In this document: one piece after another, positions 30,389 to 40,121 of the stretch | How the letters are laid out: every line of letters starts with the position of its first letter | Numbering within the stretch: the first letter of the stretch is position 1 | Source of the DNA: Polyangiaceae bacterium | GTDB lineage: Bacteria; Myxococcota_A; Polyangia; Polyangiales; Polyangiaceae | NCBI GenBank assembly: GCA_044224495.1 | Contig: JBGAKG010000005.1 | Location: 44,711-108,710, forward strand | Reading direction: 5' to 3' | Length of the DNA: 64,000 nucleotides | Position numbers and translations under genes: made by a program | Notes under the pieces: model-generated | The model's input: only the letters and a program-made list of their open reading frames with translations | What the model was told of the DNA's origin: nothing | Database searches by the model: none

Positions 30389-31114
30389 TCAGCCGCCGGC
30401 TTCGCCGGCCAGGATTCGGCGCGGACCCAGGTCGAGGAGGCGCACCGTCTCCTCCCGGCCCACGAGCTTCTCCAGCCTGGCGATGGAGCGCACCACGTCG
30501 TCCACGTCGGCGGGGCGGTGGGCGTCGGAGCACGCGGCTTCGTAGGCGTCCTCTTCCAGGAGCTTCTCGGCCACGCGCTGCGGCTGCGAGCCGTACTTCC
30601 CGACGAGCGCGCAGACGTCCAAGAGGAGCGCGGCGCCCACGTCGAGCAACGCATCCACCGCGTCCCGATCGCTCCAGACGGGCTGGTACCGCTCCGGGTG
30701 GGCGACGATCGGAACCAGGCCGTGCCGGCGGAGGTCGGCCAAGCGCTCGGGCAGACGAACGGGAAAGGCGCTCGGGTTCATCTCGACGAGCACCGCTCGC
30801 CCACCGGGGTAGGGGAGCCCGGCGCCGGAGAGCAGGCGGGCGAACGTGACGTCGTCGAACCAGTGCTCGCTCGCGAGCGCGCGCGCGGGGAGCTTGGCGG
30901 CGTGCGGAGCAATCGCGGCCTCGAACCCGGCGAACGCGGTCTCGAGGCGGGCGCGATCGTTGTCGAACATGCCCGGCCGCATGTGCGGCGTCGCGACGAC
31001 GGTCTCGAAACCAGCCTCGCCCAGGCGCTGGAGGAGCCGCAGACCGTCCTCCACCGAGCGAACCCCATCGTCGACCTGAGGGACGTAGTGCGAGTGCAAG
31101 TCCACGTAGCCCAC
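30389..31114 (-). CDS. PHP-domain tyrosine-protein phosphatase (CpsB/YwqE family)
   Basis: VDLHSHYVPQVDDGVRSVEDGLRLL...TVVATPHMRPGMFDN...IVAHPERY motif set of CpsB-type Mn-dependent PHP phosphatases. No ATG; start is a GTG at either index 163 or 169 of the track ORF, so start is within 31114..31132. Confidence 0.7.
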   Translation of the reverse strand: MGYVDLHSHYVPQVDDGVRSVEDGLRLLQRLGEAGFETVVATPHMRPGMFDNDRARLETAFAGFEAAIAPHAAKLPARALASEHWFDDVTFARLLSGAGLPYPGGRAVLVEMNPSAFPVRLPERLADLRRHGLVPIVAHPERYQPVWSDRDAVDALLDVGAALLLDVCALVGKYGSQPQRVAEKLLEEDAYEAACSDAHRPADVDDVVRSIARLEKLVGREETVRLLDLGPRRILAGEAGG

Positions 31115-31201
31115 GCTGCGGCTATACCACACCGACTCCGGGCGGTCCTCGTCCCACGTCCTCGCCGAGGTGAAGTCGAGTATAGTCGCGCTCCACCAGG
31201 C

Positions 31202-32434
31202 ATGGCCGCGCTCAACCCCCTGACGAGGGAGCTCGTCTTCAAGATCGTCTTCTATGGGCCCGGCCTCGGCGGCAAGACGACCACGCTCCAGACGATCCAC
31301 GCGCGGACCAAGCCCGAGTTCCGCGGGAAGATGGTCTCGCTCGCGACGCCCACCGATCGCACGCTCTACTTCGACTTCCTCCCGCTCCGGTTGCCGAAGG
31401 TCCGCAACCTGAGCGTGCGACTCCAGCTCTTCACCGTGCCGGGCCAGGTCTACTTCACGGCAACCCGCAAGCTCGTGCTGACGGGCTCGGATGGGATCGT
31501 GTTCGTGGCCGACTCGCAGAACGCGCGGATGGACGCGAACCAGGAGTCGCTCGACGACCTCAACGGCAACCTCGCCGAGCACGGGCGGAGCCTCTCGCAG
31601 ACGCCCCACGCGTTCCAATGGAACAAGCGCGACCTCGCTGACGTCGCCACGGTCGAGGAGCTCGATCGTCGCTTCAACCTGTTCGCGGCGCCGGCGACGG
31701 GGACGGTCGCCACGAGCGGGGAGGGCGTGTTCGACGCGCTCGACAAAATCACGCAGCTCGTCCTCGAGAACTACAAGGCGCAGATGCCCCGCGGCGGCGG
31801 CGGCGTCCCGATGCTCGACGCGGAGGACTCCGGGCTCGAGGTCGCCGTCCGCGGTCTGGCCGAGTCACCGCTCCCGCGGCCGCTTCCCGCGCCCGTCGCG
31901 CGCACGCCCGAGCCGCCGAGCGCGCGCGCGCCCGAGTCGCGCCCGCTCCCGGCCGCGCCTCCCGTCCACGCGCCCCAAGCTCAGGACCGTCCGCCGTCCG
32001 CACCGGCGATGGCAGCCGTGTCGCCCGTGCCGCCGTCGCAGCCGCGACCCGAGGTCACGGCCGAGCCGATCGCCGTCCGCGGGGTGAGCTTCGCCAACCT
32101 GTGGCCCGAGGGCGAGCGGGCCGACGTTCGCGCCGCCGAGACCGAGCTCGTGCGTGGGAGCTGGGGCCCTGCGATCCTGCGCTGCGACGTGGTGGTGGCG
32201 CGCACGCTCGCTGCTGCGGCGAGCCTCGCCGGGGGCGCGGCCGAGGCGCCTCGCGATCCGGCGGTGGTGGCGATGCTCCTCGGGATCGACGGGCCGGCCT
32301 ACCTCCGCTTCCGCCAGCTCGTTCGGGCGGCCCGGAGCCTCCGGCCGGTCGCCGAGGAAGAGGCCCTGGGGGCCTACCATTTCGCCCTCGACGTGCGGCG
32401 GGCCCGGATGCAGCTGGAAGCCGCTACGAGTTAG
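31202..32434 (+). CDS. MglA-like Ras-superfamily small GTPase with about 230-aa C-terminal extension (Pro-rich linker plus unknown domain)
   Basis: Residues 1-190 align motif-for-motif with gliding-motility MglA: KIVFYGPGLGGKTTTLQ (G1), TDRTLYFDFLP (G2/Arg-finger region), FTVPGQVYF (MglA-type G3 with Gln), NKRD (G4), SGEGVFD (G5). Followed by PRPLPAPVARTPEPPSARAPESRPLPAAPP linker and a 120-aa C-terminal domain. Confidence 0.8.
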   Translation: MAALNPLTRELVFKIVFYGPGLGGKTTTLQTIHARTKPEFRGKMVSLATPTDRTLYFDFLPLRLPKVRNLSVRLQLFTVPGQVYFTATRKLVLTGSDGIVFVADSQNARMDANQESLDDLNGNLAEHGRSLSQTPHAFQWNKRDLADVATVEELDRRFNLFAAPATGTVATSGEGVFDALDKITQLVLENYKAQMPRGGGGVPMLDAEDSGLEVAVRGLAESPLPRPLPAPVARTPEPPSARAPESRPLPAAPPVHAPQAQDRPPSAPAMAAVSPVPPSQPRPEVTAEPIAVRGVSFANLWPEGERADVRAAETELVRGSWGPAILRCDVVVARTLAAAASLAGGAAEAPRDPAVVAMLLGIDGPAYLRFRQLVRAARSLRPVAEEEALGAYHFALDVRRARMQLEAATS

Positions 32435-32526
32435 CCAGGCCGCCCGCCAGGCTGGAGCGGAAAACCTCGCGAACGCCGTTACGGAAACAGGTGAACGGAT
32501 GGGCGGGTCGGTGTAGAATTCTAGCG

Positions 32527-34221
32527 ATGGTCGAGACGCTCGCGCCAGACGATCTGATCGAGGAAGCGCTGTCCGCGGACGCGCTCCGTCGGGGGACGCG
32601 TCTCGCGCGCTACGAGCTCCTCGTTCCGATCGCGAAGGGCGGCATGGCTCGAGTGTGGGCCGCGCGCCTCCACGGCCAGCGCGGCTTCTCGAAGACGGTC
32701 GCGATCAAGACGATTTTGCCACACCTCGCGGAGGAGCCCGAGTTCGAGCGCATGTTCCTCGACGAGGCGCGCATCGCGGCGCTCGTCCATCACCCGAACG
32801 TCTGCGAGATCTACGAGCTCGGTGAAGAGGGCAAGGTCCTCTACATCGTGATGGAGTGGGTCAACGGGGAGTCGCTCATGCAGCTCCTCCGTTCGTCGGG
32901 GAAGATGGCTCCGATGGACGCGCGCCTCGCGGCGAAGATCGTGTCCGACGCGTGTGCGGGGCTCCACGCTGCGCATCAGCTCACCGACGACGATGGCCGT
33001 TCGCTCGGCGTCGTCCACCGCGACGTCTCCCCCCACAACATCCTCGTCGGCTCCGACGGGCAGGTGAAGGTCGCCGACTTCGGCGTCGCGAAGGCGCTCG
33101 GCCAGATGCACAGCGCCACGCAGGCGGGGCAGGCGAAGGGCAAGATGGCGTACATGGCGCCCGAGCAGATCGCCGGCAACGCCGACCGCCGGAGCGACGT
33201 GTTCTCGATGGGCATCGTCCTCTACGAGGCGACGACCGGTCAGCGCCCGTTCACCGGTTCGAACGATGCGGAGATCATGCACGCAGTTCTCGGCGGACAG
33301 ATCACGCCTCCGACGCGGATCATCCGGAGCTACCCGCCCGAGCTCGAGCAGATCGTACTGAAGGCGATGGCGTCGGATCCCGCGCAGCGGTACGCCACGG
33401 CGGAGCGGATGCGTGTCGCGATCGAGGAGTTCCTCGCGCGGAGCGGCTCGCTCGTCACGGCGGCCATGATCGGCGGGTTCGTGCAGCAGCGGATCGGCCC
33501 CGAGCTCGAGAAGCGGCGCGAGAAGATCCGCGTCGCGGCGAACGCGACCGCCCGCACCGACGACGCGAGCTCCCCGAACCACGCGGGCGTCGTCGCCACC
33601 GGAACGCCGTCCGTCCAGAGCCTGGTCGAGGGCGTCCAATCGGGCCAACGCCCGGTTCCACCGGCGCCCGCCGGTCCCACTTCGGTACCGGAGCCTGCGC
33701 CGCCGAGCACGGGGAAGTACGTCCTCGCCGCGGTCATCGGCATCCTCGTCGCGGTCGGCCTCGGCACGGGCGTGATCCTCTACCTCCGGAAGCAACAGGA
33801 CGACGGCTTCACCGCGCGCGGCAACGCGACGGCAGCCGCGCCCGCGAGCATCGCTGCAAGCGCAGCGATGCCGAGCGCGGCGGCGCATGCGCCTCTCCAC
33901 ACGGGCCCGGTCGCCTTCAATGGTCTCCCGCCCGACGCGGTGCTGGTGGTCGACGGGATGCTCCTCGATCGCAGCGCGCGCACCGTCGAGCGCCCGCCGG
34001 TCGGTACGAAGCGCTCGGTCGTCATTCGGGACCCTGGCTTCCTCGACGAGTCCATCACGATCGACGACACGACTCCGCCCTCGCTCGACGTCACCCTCAC
34101 GATCGGCTCGCCGTCGGCACTCCCGACGACGCCGACCGCGACCGCAACGGGTGCCACTCCCACCGCCACTGGATCGGGCAAGAAACCACCGCCCGTCGCG
34201 CTTCCGCAAAATCCCTACTGA
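32527..34221 (+). CDS. Hanks-type Ser/Thr protein kinase, single TM, extracytoplasmic PEGA-like C-terminal domain
   Basis: VAIK, HRDVSPHNIL, DFG (ADFGVAK), APE (MAPEQ) subdomains; TM helix YVLAAVIGILVAVGLGTGVILYL; C-terminal VVDG...VVIRDPGF resembles PEGA. Confidence 0.85.
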   Translation: MVETLAPDDLIEEALSADALRRGTRLARYELLVPIAKGGMARVWAARLHGQRGFSKTVAIKTILPHLAEEPEFERMFLDEARIAALVHHPNVCEIYELGEEGKVLYIVMEWVNGESLMQLLRSSGKMAPMDARLAAKIVSDACAGLHAAHQLTDDDGRSLGVVHRDVSPHNILVGSDGQVKVADFGVAKALGQMHSATQAGQAKGKMAYMAPEQIAGNADRRSDVFSMGIVLYEATTGQRPFTGSNDAEIMHAVLGGQITPPTRIIRSYPPELEQIVLKAMASDPAQRYATAERMRVAIEEFLARSGSLVTAAMIGGFVQQRIGPELEKRREKIRVAANATARTDDASSPNHAGVVATGTPSVQSLVEGVQSGQRPVPPAPAGPTSVPEPAPPSTGKYVLAAVIGILVAVGLGTGVILYLRKQQDDGFTARGNATAAAPASIAASAAMPSAAAHAPLHTGPVAFNGLPPDAVLVVDGMLLDRSARTVERPPVGTKRSVVIRDPGFLDESITIDDTTPPSLDVTLTIGSPSALPTTPTATATGATPTATGSGKKPPPVALPQNPY

Positions 34222-34222
34222 G

Positions 34223-35227
34223 ATGAAATCACGCCGCGCTCTCTTCGCAGCGCTCACCGCCCTCGGCTTGGGCGTGAGCGTCCCCGCTTTCACCACCTAC
34301 GCCACGCCTGCCGCGGCCCAAGAAGACGTCGCGGATCCCGCGGCCGAAGCGAAGAAGCAGTTCGCGAACGGGATGAAGGCGTTCCAAGCGAGCCGGTTCG
34401 TCGAGGCCGCGCTCGCGTTCGAAGCGGCGCACTACTACAAGCCCAACGCGGTGGCGCTCTACACCGCGGCGCTCGCGTGGAAAGAGGCGAACCAGCCCGA
34501 GCGCGCAGCGGACGCGTTCAGTCGCTCGATCGACGCGCAGGGTCTGAACCCCCAGCAGGTCACGATGGCCAAGGAGAGCCTGGCCGCGCTCGAGAAGACG
34601 ATGGGCACGCTCGTCGTGACGGGCCCGCCCGACGGCAAGGTCCAGGTCGACAACTTCACCGAGTCCACGCTCCCCGCGCGTCTCCACGCGACGCCGGGCG
34701 TCCACACGCTCAACGTGCGGCTGCCGGGGGCGAAGATCGAGAAGCGCGACGCCACCTTCGAGACCGGGCAGGTCAAGGAGATGGATGTCACGCCATCGAG
34801 GGTCGAGCCGAAGGTCGAACCGAAGGTCGAGCCCAAGACGGAGCCCAAGGTCGTGACCCAGTCGGTCCCCACGATCTCGGTGAAGCGCGCGATCGGCTTC
34901 AGCGCGATCGGCGTCGGCGGTGCAGCCGCGATCTCCGCGCTCATCGTCGGCCTGCAGGCGGTCTCCGCGGGGGACGCCTACGACGCAGCGCCGTCGCGCG
35001 CCGGCTACGATCACGCGAACGCGCTCGCGCTCTGGAGCACGGTCCTCTGGATCAGCGCCGGGGTGTTCGTCGCCGGTGGCGTCACGCTCGTCCTCATCCC
35101 GGAAAAGTCGAGCCCCGCGGCGGACGCGGACAAGGGGACCGACAAACCGGCGGAGGACAAACCGAAGGACGCCGTCCTCAGCCTCACGCCCACGCTCGGC
35201 GGGCTCGTGCTCCGGGGGGCATTCTGA
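34223..35227 (+). CDS. Secreted TPR-like + PEGA-domain protein with C-terminal TM anchor
   Basis: Start 2 nt after kinase stop. Signal peptide; PEGA-like GTLVVTGPPDGKVQVDN...HTLNVRLPG; EPKVEPKVEPKTEPKV repeat; C-terminal TM segments. Confidence 0.6.
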   Translation: MKSRRALFAALTALGLGVSVPAFTTYATPAAAQEDVADPAAEAKKQFANGMKAFQASRFVEAALAFEAAHYYKPNAVALYTAALAWKEANQPERAADAFSRSIDAQGLNPQQVTMAKESLAALEKTMGTLVVTGPPDGKVQVDNFTESTLPARLHATPGVHTLNVRLPGAKIEKRDATFETGQVKEMDVTPSRVEPKVEPKVEPKTEPKVVTQSVPTISVKRAIGFSAIGVGGAAAISALIVGLQAVSAGDAYDAAPSRAGYDHANALALWSTVLWISAGVFVAGGVTLVLIPEKSSPAADADKGTDKPAEDKPKDAVLSLTPTLGGLVLRGAF

Positions 35228-36684
35228 TGCGCGCGCGTCATCTGGTCGGGGGCGTGGCTCTCCTCGGCGGTGCAGCCGCCATCTTCGCTGCCTGTTCGCT
35301 CGGGCTCGACGAGTCCAAGATCGGCGGAGGGGACGCGAGCGTCGACGCGATCGGCGATGGCGGTGGCGACGTCGACGCGGCGAACCCGGTCGGTTGCCAA
35401 GGCGACAACGAATGCAAGCCGGCGAACACCTGCCTCACGGGCAAGTGCGATCTCACGCGCAAGATCTGCCTCTACGATCTCTGCCCGGCGGCGGCGTGCA
35501 AGGCCTCGGTCTGCGACACGAACGCGAAGACGTGCTCCGTCCCGACGTCCTACGGGTTCCGTGCGGGCAGCTTCAAGGTGACGGCGGGCAACCTCGGTTG
35601 CGGTGGCGGTGGCGCCGGCGCACGGCGCTGCTTCGCGGCGTCGTACCCCTTCGTCATCGTCGGCACGACGAACGGCGTCGTCGGCTACTCCGTCGCAGAC
35701 CCGACCGACGCGAACCCGGCTGCGCTCCCCGTCGCGGGCCTGCCGTTCTTCCCGGCGAACATCGTCGCGAGCGGCTCGCGCGTCTACTTCGTCGGCTCCG
35801 TGCAAGGCGCCGGCCCGAACTACAAGCTGCCGATCGCGTGGATGGACGTCCCCGGCGATCCCACCGTCAAGCAGCTCAGCGCGACGACGGTGTTCGACAC
35901 GGTGCAGGTCACGAGCGTCGACCGCATCTTCCCCGACGGCGTCGGTGGCATCTACCTCCAGAACGACAACGCCGCGAAGTCGTTCCCGGTCGCGCGCATC
36001 ACGGCGCCGCTGAAGGATCTCGAGCCGCTCGCGTTCTTCGCGTCGGCGGGCATGCCTCCGAACACGTCGCCGGGCGCTGCCAGCGGCGGGCGTCTGGTCA
36101 CGTTCCGGCAGGACGGCTCGCCGACCTGGAGCGCCGTGCTCGGGTTCGAGACGAGCCCCGCGACGAGCAGCGCGCAGTACGGCGGCGACCAATCGCTCGC
36201 CGCGTCGTTCGGCACGAACTACACGCCGGGTTACATCGCGCACGGCGCGGCCGGTGCGCTCGTCTACAACGCGAGCGCGATCGACGTGCCGGACGGCGGG
36301 CCGAGCCGCGTCACGGCAGTGCGCGTCGGCTGGATCGTCGACGACGACAAGGGGACGAAGCTCGAGGCGACCGCCAAGGTGGACGTCGAGAAGTACTCCC
36401 AGCAGATCGGGGTCGGCAGCGATCTCGCCGGCCCGGTCGCTTGGCTGGACGCGAAGCGCGCGCTGGTCCTCGCCGCGTCCGCGAGCAACACGTCGCAGAC
36501 GGCCGTGCAGGTGGCCACCCGCGACGGTACGCCGGCGATCATCCCGAACCGCCGCTTCGTGCTCCCGTTCGTGCCGAGCCAGCTCGCAGCGACCGCGTCG
36601 AACGGCTTCGGCTACGTGCTCGCGCCGGACGTGAACCCCGAGCCACCGACGGTCCACATCTTCGGCGCCGGCTGCGACAATTGA
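35227..36684 (+). CDS. Lipoprotein with N-terminal Cys-rich region (hypothetical)
   Basis: Start overlaps previous stop (TGATG). Lipobox IFAAC; Cys-rich CQGDNECKPANTCLTGKCD module, then about 380-aa Gly/Ala/Val-rich domain. Confidence 0.55.
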   Translation: MRARHLVGGVALLGGAAAIFAACSLGLDESKIGGGDASVDAIGDGGGDVDAANPVGCQGDNECKPANTCLTGKCDLTRKICLYDLCPAAACKASVCDTNAKTCSVPTSYGFRAGSFKVTAGNLGCGGGGAGARRCFAASYPFVIVGTTNGVVGYSVADPTDANPAALPVAGLPFFPANIVASGSRVYFVGSVQGAGPNYKLPIAWMDVPGDPTVKQLSATTVFDTVQVTSVDRIFPDGVGGIYLQNDNAAKSFPVARITAPLKDLEPLAFFASAGMPPNTSPGAASGGRLVTFRQDGSPTWSAVLGFETSPATSSAQYGGDQSLAASFGTNYTPGYIAHGAAGALVYNASAIDVPDGGPSRVTAVRVGWIVDDDKGTKLEATAKVDVEKYSQQIGVGSDLAGPVAWLDAKRALVLAASASNTSQTAVQVATRDGTPAIIPNRRFVLPFVPSQLAATASNGFGYVLAPDVNPEPPTVHIFGAGCDN

Positions 36685-36736
36685 CCCAGGCAGCGTCCAT
36701 CCGGTGAACGGGGTGGGGGTCGGTCGGGTCGGGCTG

Positions 36737-39307
36737 TCACGCCCACCGAACGAGCGTGGTCTCGTAGGGATTGCTCATCGCGGCGTTCCAGGGCATCACG
36801 CGCACCGTGAAGGCGTGAGCCCCACTCGCGCTGGTCGGGATCTCGCCGCGGTAGCGGTACTTCCCGCCGTCCTCCGCACCGTCGACCTTCATCCGGACGA
36901 CGTCGCCGTGGGCGAGCTCCAGCGCTCCGCCCGTCTCGCCGTGGTAGAGCTCCACCACGACGTCCTCGGGGGAGAGCGGCCCGAGCTTCACGAGCGCGGT
37001 CACCTTCACCGCGTCACCCACCGTGACCTCCTCGGCCGTCTCCCGGGTCACGCTCTCGATCGTGACGTCGGCCCACGCGCGCTGCGCGCGCTCCTTCCAC
37101 GCCACGAGCTCGCGCGCGCCGCGTAGATCGGCGTCGGTCATGCGGTGCCACAGCTTGTGCGACGTGACGTAGAACCGCTCCGTGTACTCGCGCACCATGC
37201 GCGACGTGTTGAACGCCGGCGCGAGCTTCGCGATCGCGTTCTTCATCTTCCGTACCCAGCCGCGCGGCAGGTCGTCGCGCTCGGCGCGATCGAAGAAGAG
37301 CGGCACGACCTCGCGCTCGAGCACGTGGTGCAGGAGCTCCGCCTCGATCGCGTCGCCGGTTCCGTCTTCGTACTCTTCGCCGCGCCCGATCGCCCAGCCG
37401 ACGTCGCTCCCGTGATCGCGCCACGCCTCGGCCCACCAGCCGTCGAGCACGCTCAAGTTCAGGACGCCGTTGGCGGCGGCCTTCATCCCGCTCGTCCCGC
37501 TCGCCTCGAGCGGCCGCCGCGGCGTGTTGAGCCACACGTCGACGCCGCTCACGAGCGCGCGCGCGATGCGCATGTCGTAGTCCTCGATGAAGACGACGCG
37601 CCCGGCGAGGCCTTCCTTCCGGCTCTCGTGCACGATCTTCCGGATCAGCTCCTTGCCGCCCTTGTCCTGCGGGTGCGCTTTCCCCGCGAAGACGAGCTGC
37701 ACGGGCCGCTTCGTGTCGCCCACCAAGCGCAGGACGCGGTCGACGTCCGAGAAGAGGAGGGTCGCCCGCTTGTACGTCGCGAAACGGCGCGCGAACCCGA
37801 TCGTGAGCGCATGCGGATCGAGCACCTGCTCGGCGGCCTCGATCACCTCGCGCGCCTCGCCCCGCCGCTCGGCGGCGTTCTTCAGCCAGCGCCGCGCTCC
37901 GACGACGAGCCGGTGGCGGCGGTGCTCGTGGATCTGCCAGAGCTCCGCGTCCGGGATCTCGTAGGTCCGCGCCCAAGGCGCCGCGTCGTCCGGCGTCTCG
38001 GCCCAGCGCGGCCCGAGGTAGCGCGTGAGGAGCGCCGCCATCTCGTCGGAGATCCACGACGCGACGTGAACGCCGTTCGTGACGGACTGGATCGGCACCT
38101 CGTGCTCGGGGAGATCCGGCCAGAGCATCGACCACATCTTGCGCGAGACCGCGCCGTGCAGCGCGCTCACGCCGTTGTAGTGATCCGAAGCGCGGATCGC
38201 GAGGACGGGCATCTGGAAGCTAGGCGGCTTCGTCGTGTCGTCCGCGCGGCCGAGCGCGAGGAGCTGCTCCTCGGTGATGCCGAGCCCCTTCCGGTACGGC
38301 TCGAGGTACTTCTTCACGAGCTCCGGGTTGAACGCGTCGTTCCCGGCCGGGACCGGCGTGTGGGTCGTGAAGACGTTCTGCGCCGTGCAGGCCTCGCGAG
38401 CGACGGCGAAGCTCGCGCCGCGCTCGCGGATCAGGCGCCCAATCCGCTCGATCGCGAGGAACGCCGAGTGGCCCTCGTTCATGTGGCAGACGGTCGGCGA
38501 CATCCCGAGCGCCTCGAGCGCGTGCACGCCGCCGATGCCGAGCATGATCTCCTGGCGGACGCGGAACTCCTGGTCGCCACCGTAGAGCGGTCCGGTGATC
38601 GCGCGGTCCTCGGCCGCGTTCACGGTGAGGTTGGCGTCGAGCAGGTAGAGCGGCACCCGACCGACCTGCACCTTCCATAGCTGGGCGTAGATGGTCCGGT
38701 CGGGGTAGGCGACGTTGATCACGAGCCGCTTTCCGTTCGCGTCGACGACCGGGAGCACGGGGAGGCGGTGCCAATCGTTGATCGGGTAGCGCTCCTGCTG
38801 GAGCCCGTCGCTGTTGAGCGCCTGGCGGAAGTAGCCCTCCGCGTACGCGAGCCCGATCCCGACGAGCGGGAGCCCGAGGTCGCTCGCGGTCTTCAGGTGA
38901 TCGCCGGCGAGCACGCCGAGGCCGCCCGAGTACACCGGCAGCGACTCGTGCAGCCCGTACTCCATCGAGAAGTACGCGATGCGCGAGCCCGCGCACTCGG
39001 GGAACTTCTTCGCGAACCAACCCTCGCGCCCGAGGTACTTCTGGAGGGCCTGGTGCGCCACGTCGACCTGCGCGAGGAACGCGTCGTCCGTCGAGAGCTC
39101 GTCGAGCCGCTTCTGCTCGATCCGGGTGAGGAGCTCGATCGGGTTGCCGTGCACCTCTTCCCAGAGCGCCGGATCGATGCGCCAGAAGATGGTCCGCGCG
39201 TCGGGCGCCCAGGCCCACCAGAGGTTCTGGGCGATGTCGCGCAGTCGCTCCAGCGAGGCGGGGAGGCGAGGAACGACGTGGTACGTGGTCAGGGTCCGCG
39301 GCGGCAT
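36737..39307 (-). CDS. glgP: Alpha-glucan (glycogen/maltodextrin) phosphorylase, GlgP/TIGR02094 family
   Basis: Full-length match in architecture: GGLGVLAGDHLK, EGHSAFL, TNGV motifs and PLP-site K in GTSGMKAAANG. Start at in-frame ATG index 27. Confidence 0.85.
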   Translation of the reverse strand: MPPRTLTTYHVVPRLPASLERLRDIAQNLWWAWAPDARTIFWRIDPALWEEVHGNPIELLTRIEQKRLDELSTDDAFLAQVDVAHQALQKYLGREGWFAKKFPECAGSRIAYFSMEYGLHESLPVYSGGLGVLAGDHLKTASDLGLPLVGIGLAYAEGYFRQALNSDGLQQERYPINDWHRLPVLPVVDANGKRLVINVAYPDRTIYAQLWKVQVGRVPLYLLDANLTVNAAEDRAITGPLYGGDQEFRVRQEIMLGIGGVHALEALGMSPTVCHMNEGHSAFLAIERIGRLIRERGASFAVAREACTAQNVFTTHTPVPAGNDAFNPELVKKYLEPYRKGLGITEEQLLALGRADDTTKPPSFQMPVLAIRASDHYNGVSALHGAVSRKMWSMLWPDLPEHEVPIQSVTNGVHVASWISDEMAALLTRYLGPRWAETPDDAAPWARTYEIPDAELWQIHEHRRHRLVVGARRWLKNAAERRGEAREVIEAAEQVLDPHALTIGFARRFATYKRATLLFSDVDRVLRLVGDTKRPVQLVFAGKAHPQDKGGKELIRKIVHESRKEGLAGRVVFIEDYDMRIARALVSGVDVWLNTPRRPLEASGTSGMKAAANGVLNLSVLDGWWAEAWRDHGSDVGWAIGRGEEYEDGTGDAIEAELLHHVLEREVVPLFFDRAERDDLPRGWVRKMKNAIAKLAPAFNTSRMVREYTERFYVTSHKLWHRMTDADLRGARELVAWKERAQRAWADVTIESVTRETAEEVTVGDAVKVTALVKLGPLSPEDVVVELYHGETGGALELAHGDVVRMKVDGAEDGGKYRYRGEIPTSASGAHAFTVRVMPWNAAMSNPYETTLVRWA

Positions 39308-39388
39308 GGCGGCGCAGCATACACCACGACCCCCGGTCCCCGAGGACGAAACGTAACTCAGGAATGAGTTACGTAATTCCTCCAACGT

Positions 39389-40099
39389 TCACGGGCAGAT
39401 GCCGTACTCGACGCCCTGCACGAGCACGCTCGGGTTGAGCGCCGTGCAGCTCCCGCTCGTGCACGACGTCCCGACCTTGCACCACTTGTGACACGTGTTG
39501 TCGGTGAGGCAGATCGTGCCCTGCGAACACGCGAACGGGTTGGAGCTCGAGCACGTCGAGCTGGTCCCGGCGCCGACGCAGTCCGTCTCGCCGTTCGTCG
39601 TCGCGATGCAGTTGCCCGTCCCGCACGCCGCGGCCGGCGAGAGGAGCGAGCACTTCATGCGGCAGATCTTGAGGTTCGGAACGTCGCCGCCGTTGCCGTC
39701 CTGGAGGTTCACGCAGACGTCCGTCTTGGGATCCGTGCACGTGCCGCTCGCGCTGCAGAAGGCATGACAGGCGCCGAGCTCGCAGCTCAGGCCGACCGCA
39801 CAGTCGGCGGTGGTGCTGCACGCCGAGCCCATCGGCTTCGAGCCGGCGCTGACGCACGAGGCCGTCCCCGCCGTGTCGGTGATGTCGCACGTCTGATTCG
39901 CCCCGCAGCCGCACTGCGGGCTCACGCCGCAGGCGTTGCTCGGAGGCGCGGTCTTGCAGTTCGGATCGGCGTCCTTCGGCGGCGAACCCGAGTCCTGCGG
40001 CGTCGACCCCCCGTCCCCCGCGTCGGGCTTCACGAAGCCGCTGCTGCCGACGGCACAGGCGGCGAGGACGAACGGAAGGGCGAGGAGAGCGGAGCGCAT
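39389..40099 (-). CDS. Cys-rich lipoprotein (myxobacterial Cys-repeat type)
   Basis: Lipobox VLAAC; more than 30 Cys in repeated CxxxxC/GTC modules. Confidence 0.55.
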   Translation of the reverse strand: MRSALLALPFVLAACAVGSSGFVKPDAGDGGSTPQDSGSPPKDADPNCKTAPPSNACGVSPQCGCGANQTCDITDTAGTASCVSAGSKPMGSACSTTADCAVGLSCELGACHAFCSASGTCTDPKTDVCVNLQDGNGGDVPNLKICRMKCSLLSPAAACGTGNCIATTNGETDCVGAGTSSTCSSSNPFACSQGTICLTDNTCHKWCKVGTSCTSGSCTALNPSVLVQGVEYGICP

Positions 40100-40121
40100 G
40101 GCGCGGTCTCTTAGCTCCATC

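Noticed and set aside
30389-31618. Full 409-aa track ORF for the phosphatase
   Set aside because: N-terminal 160 aa are Arg/Glu-rich non-protein-like and would overlap the divergent MglA-like gene. CpsB homology begins at VDLHSH, so the start was moved to the in-frame GTG.
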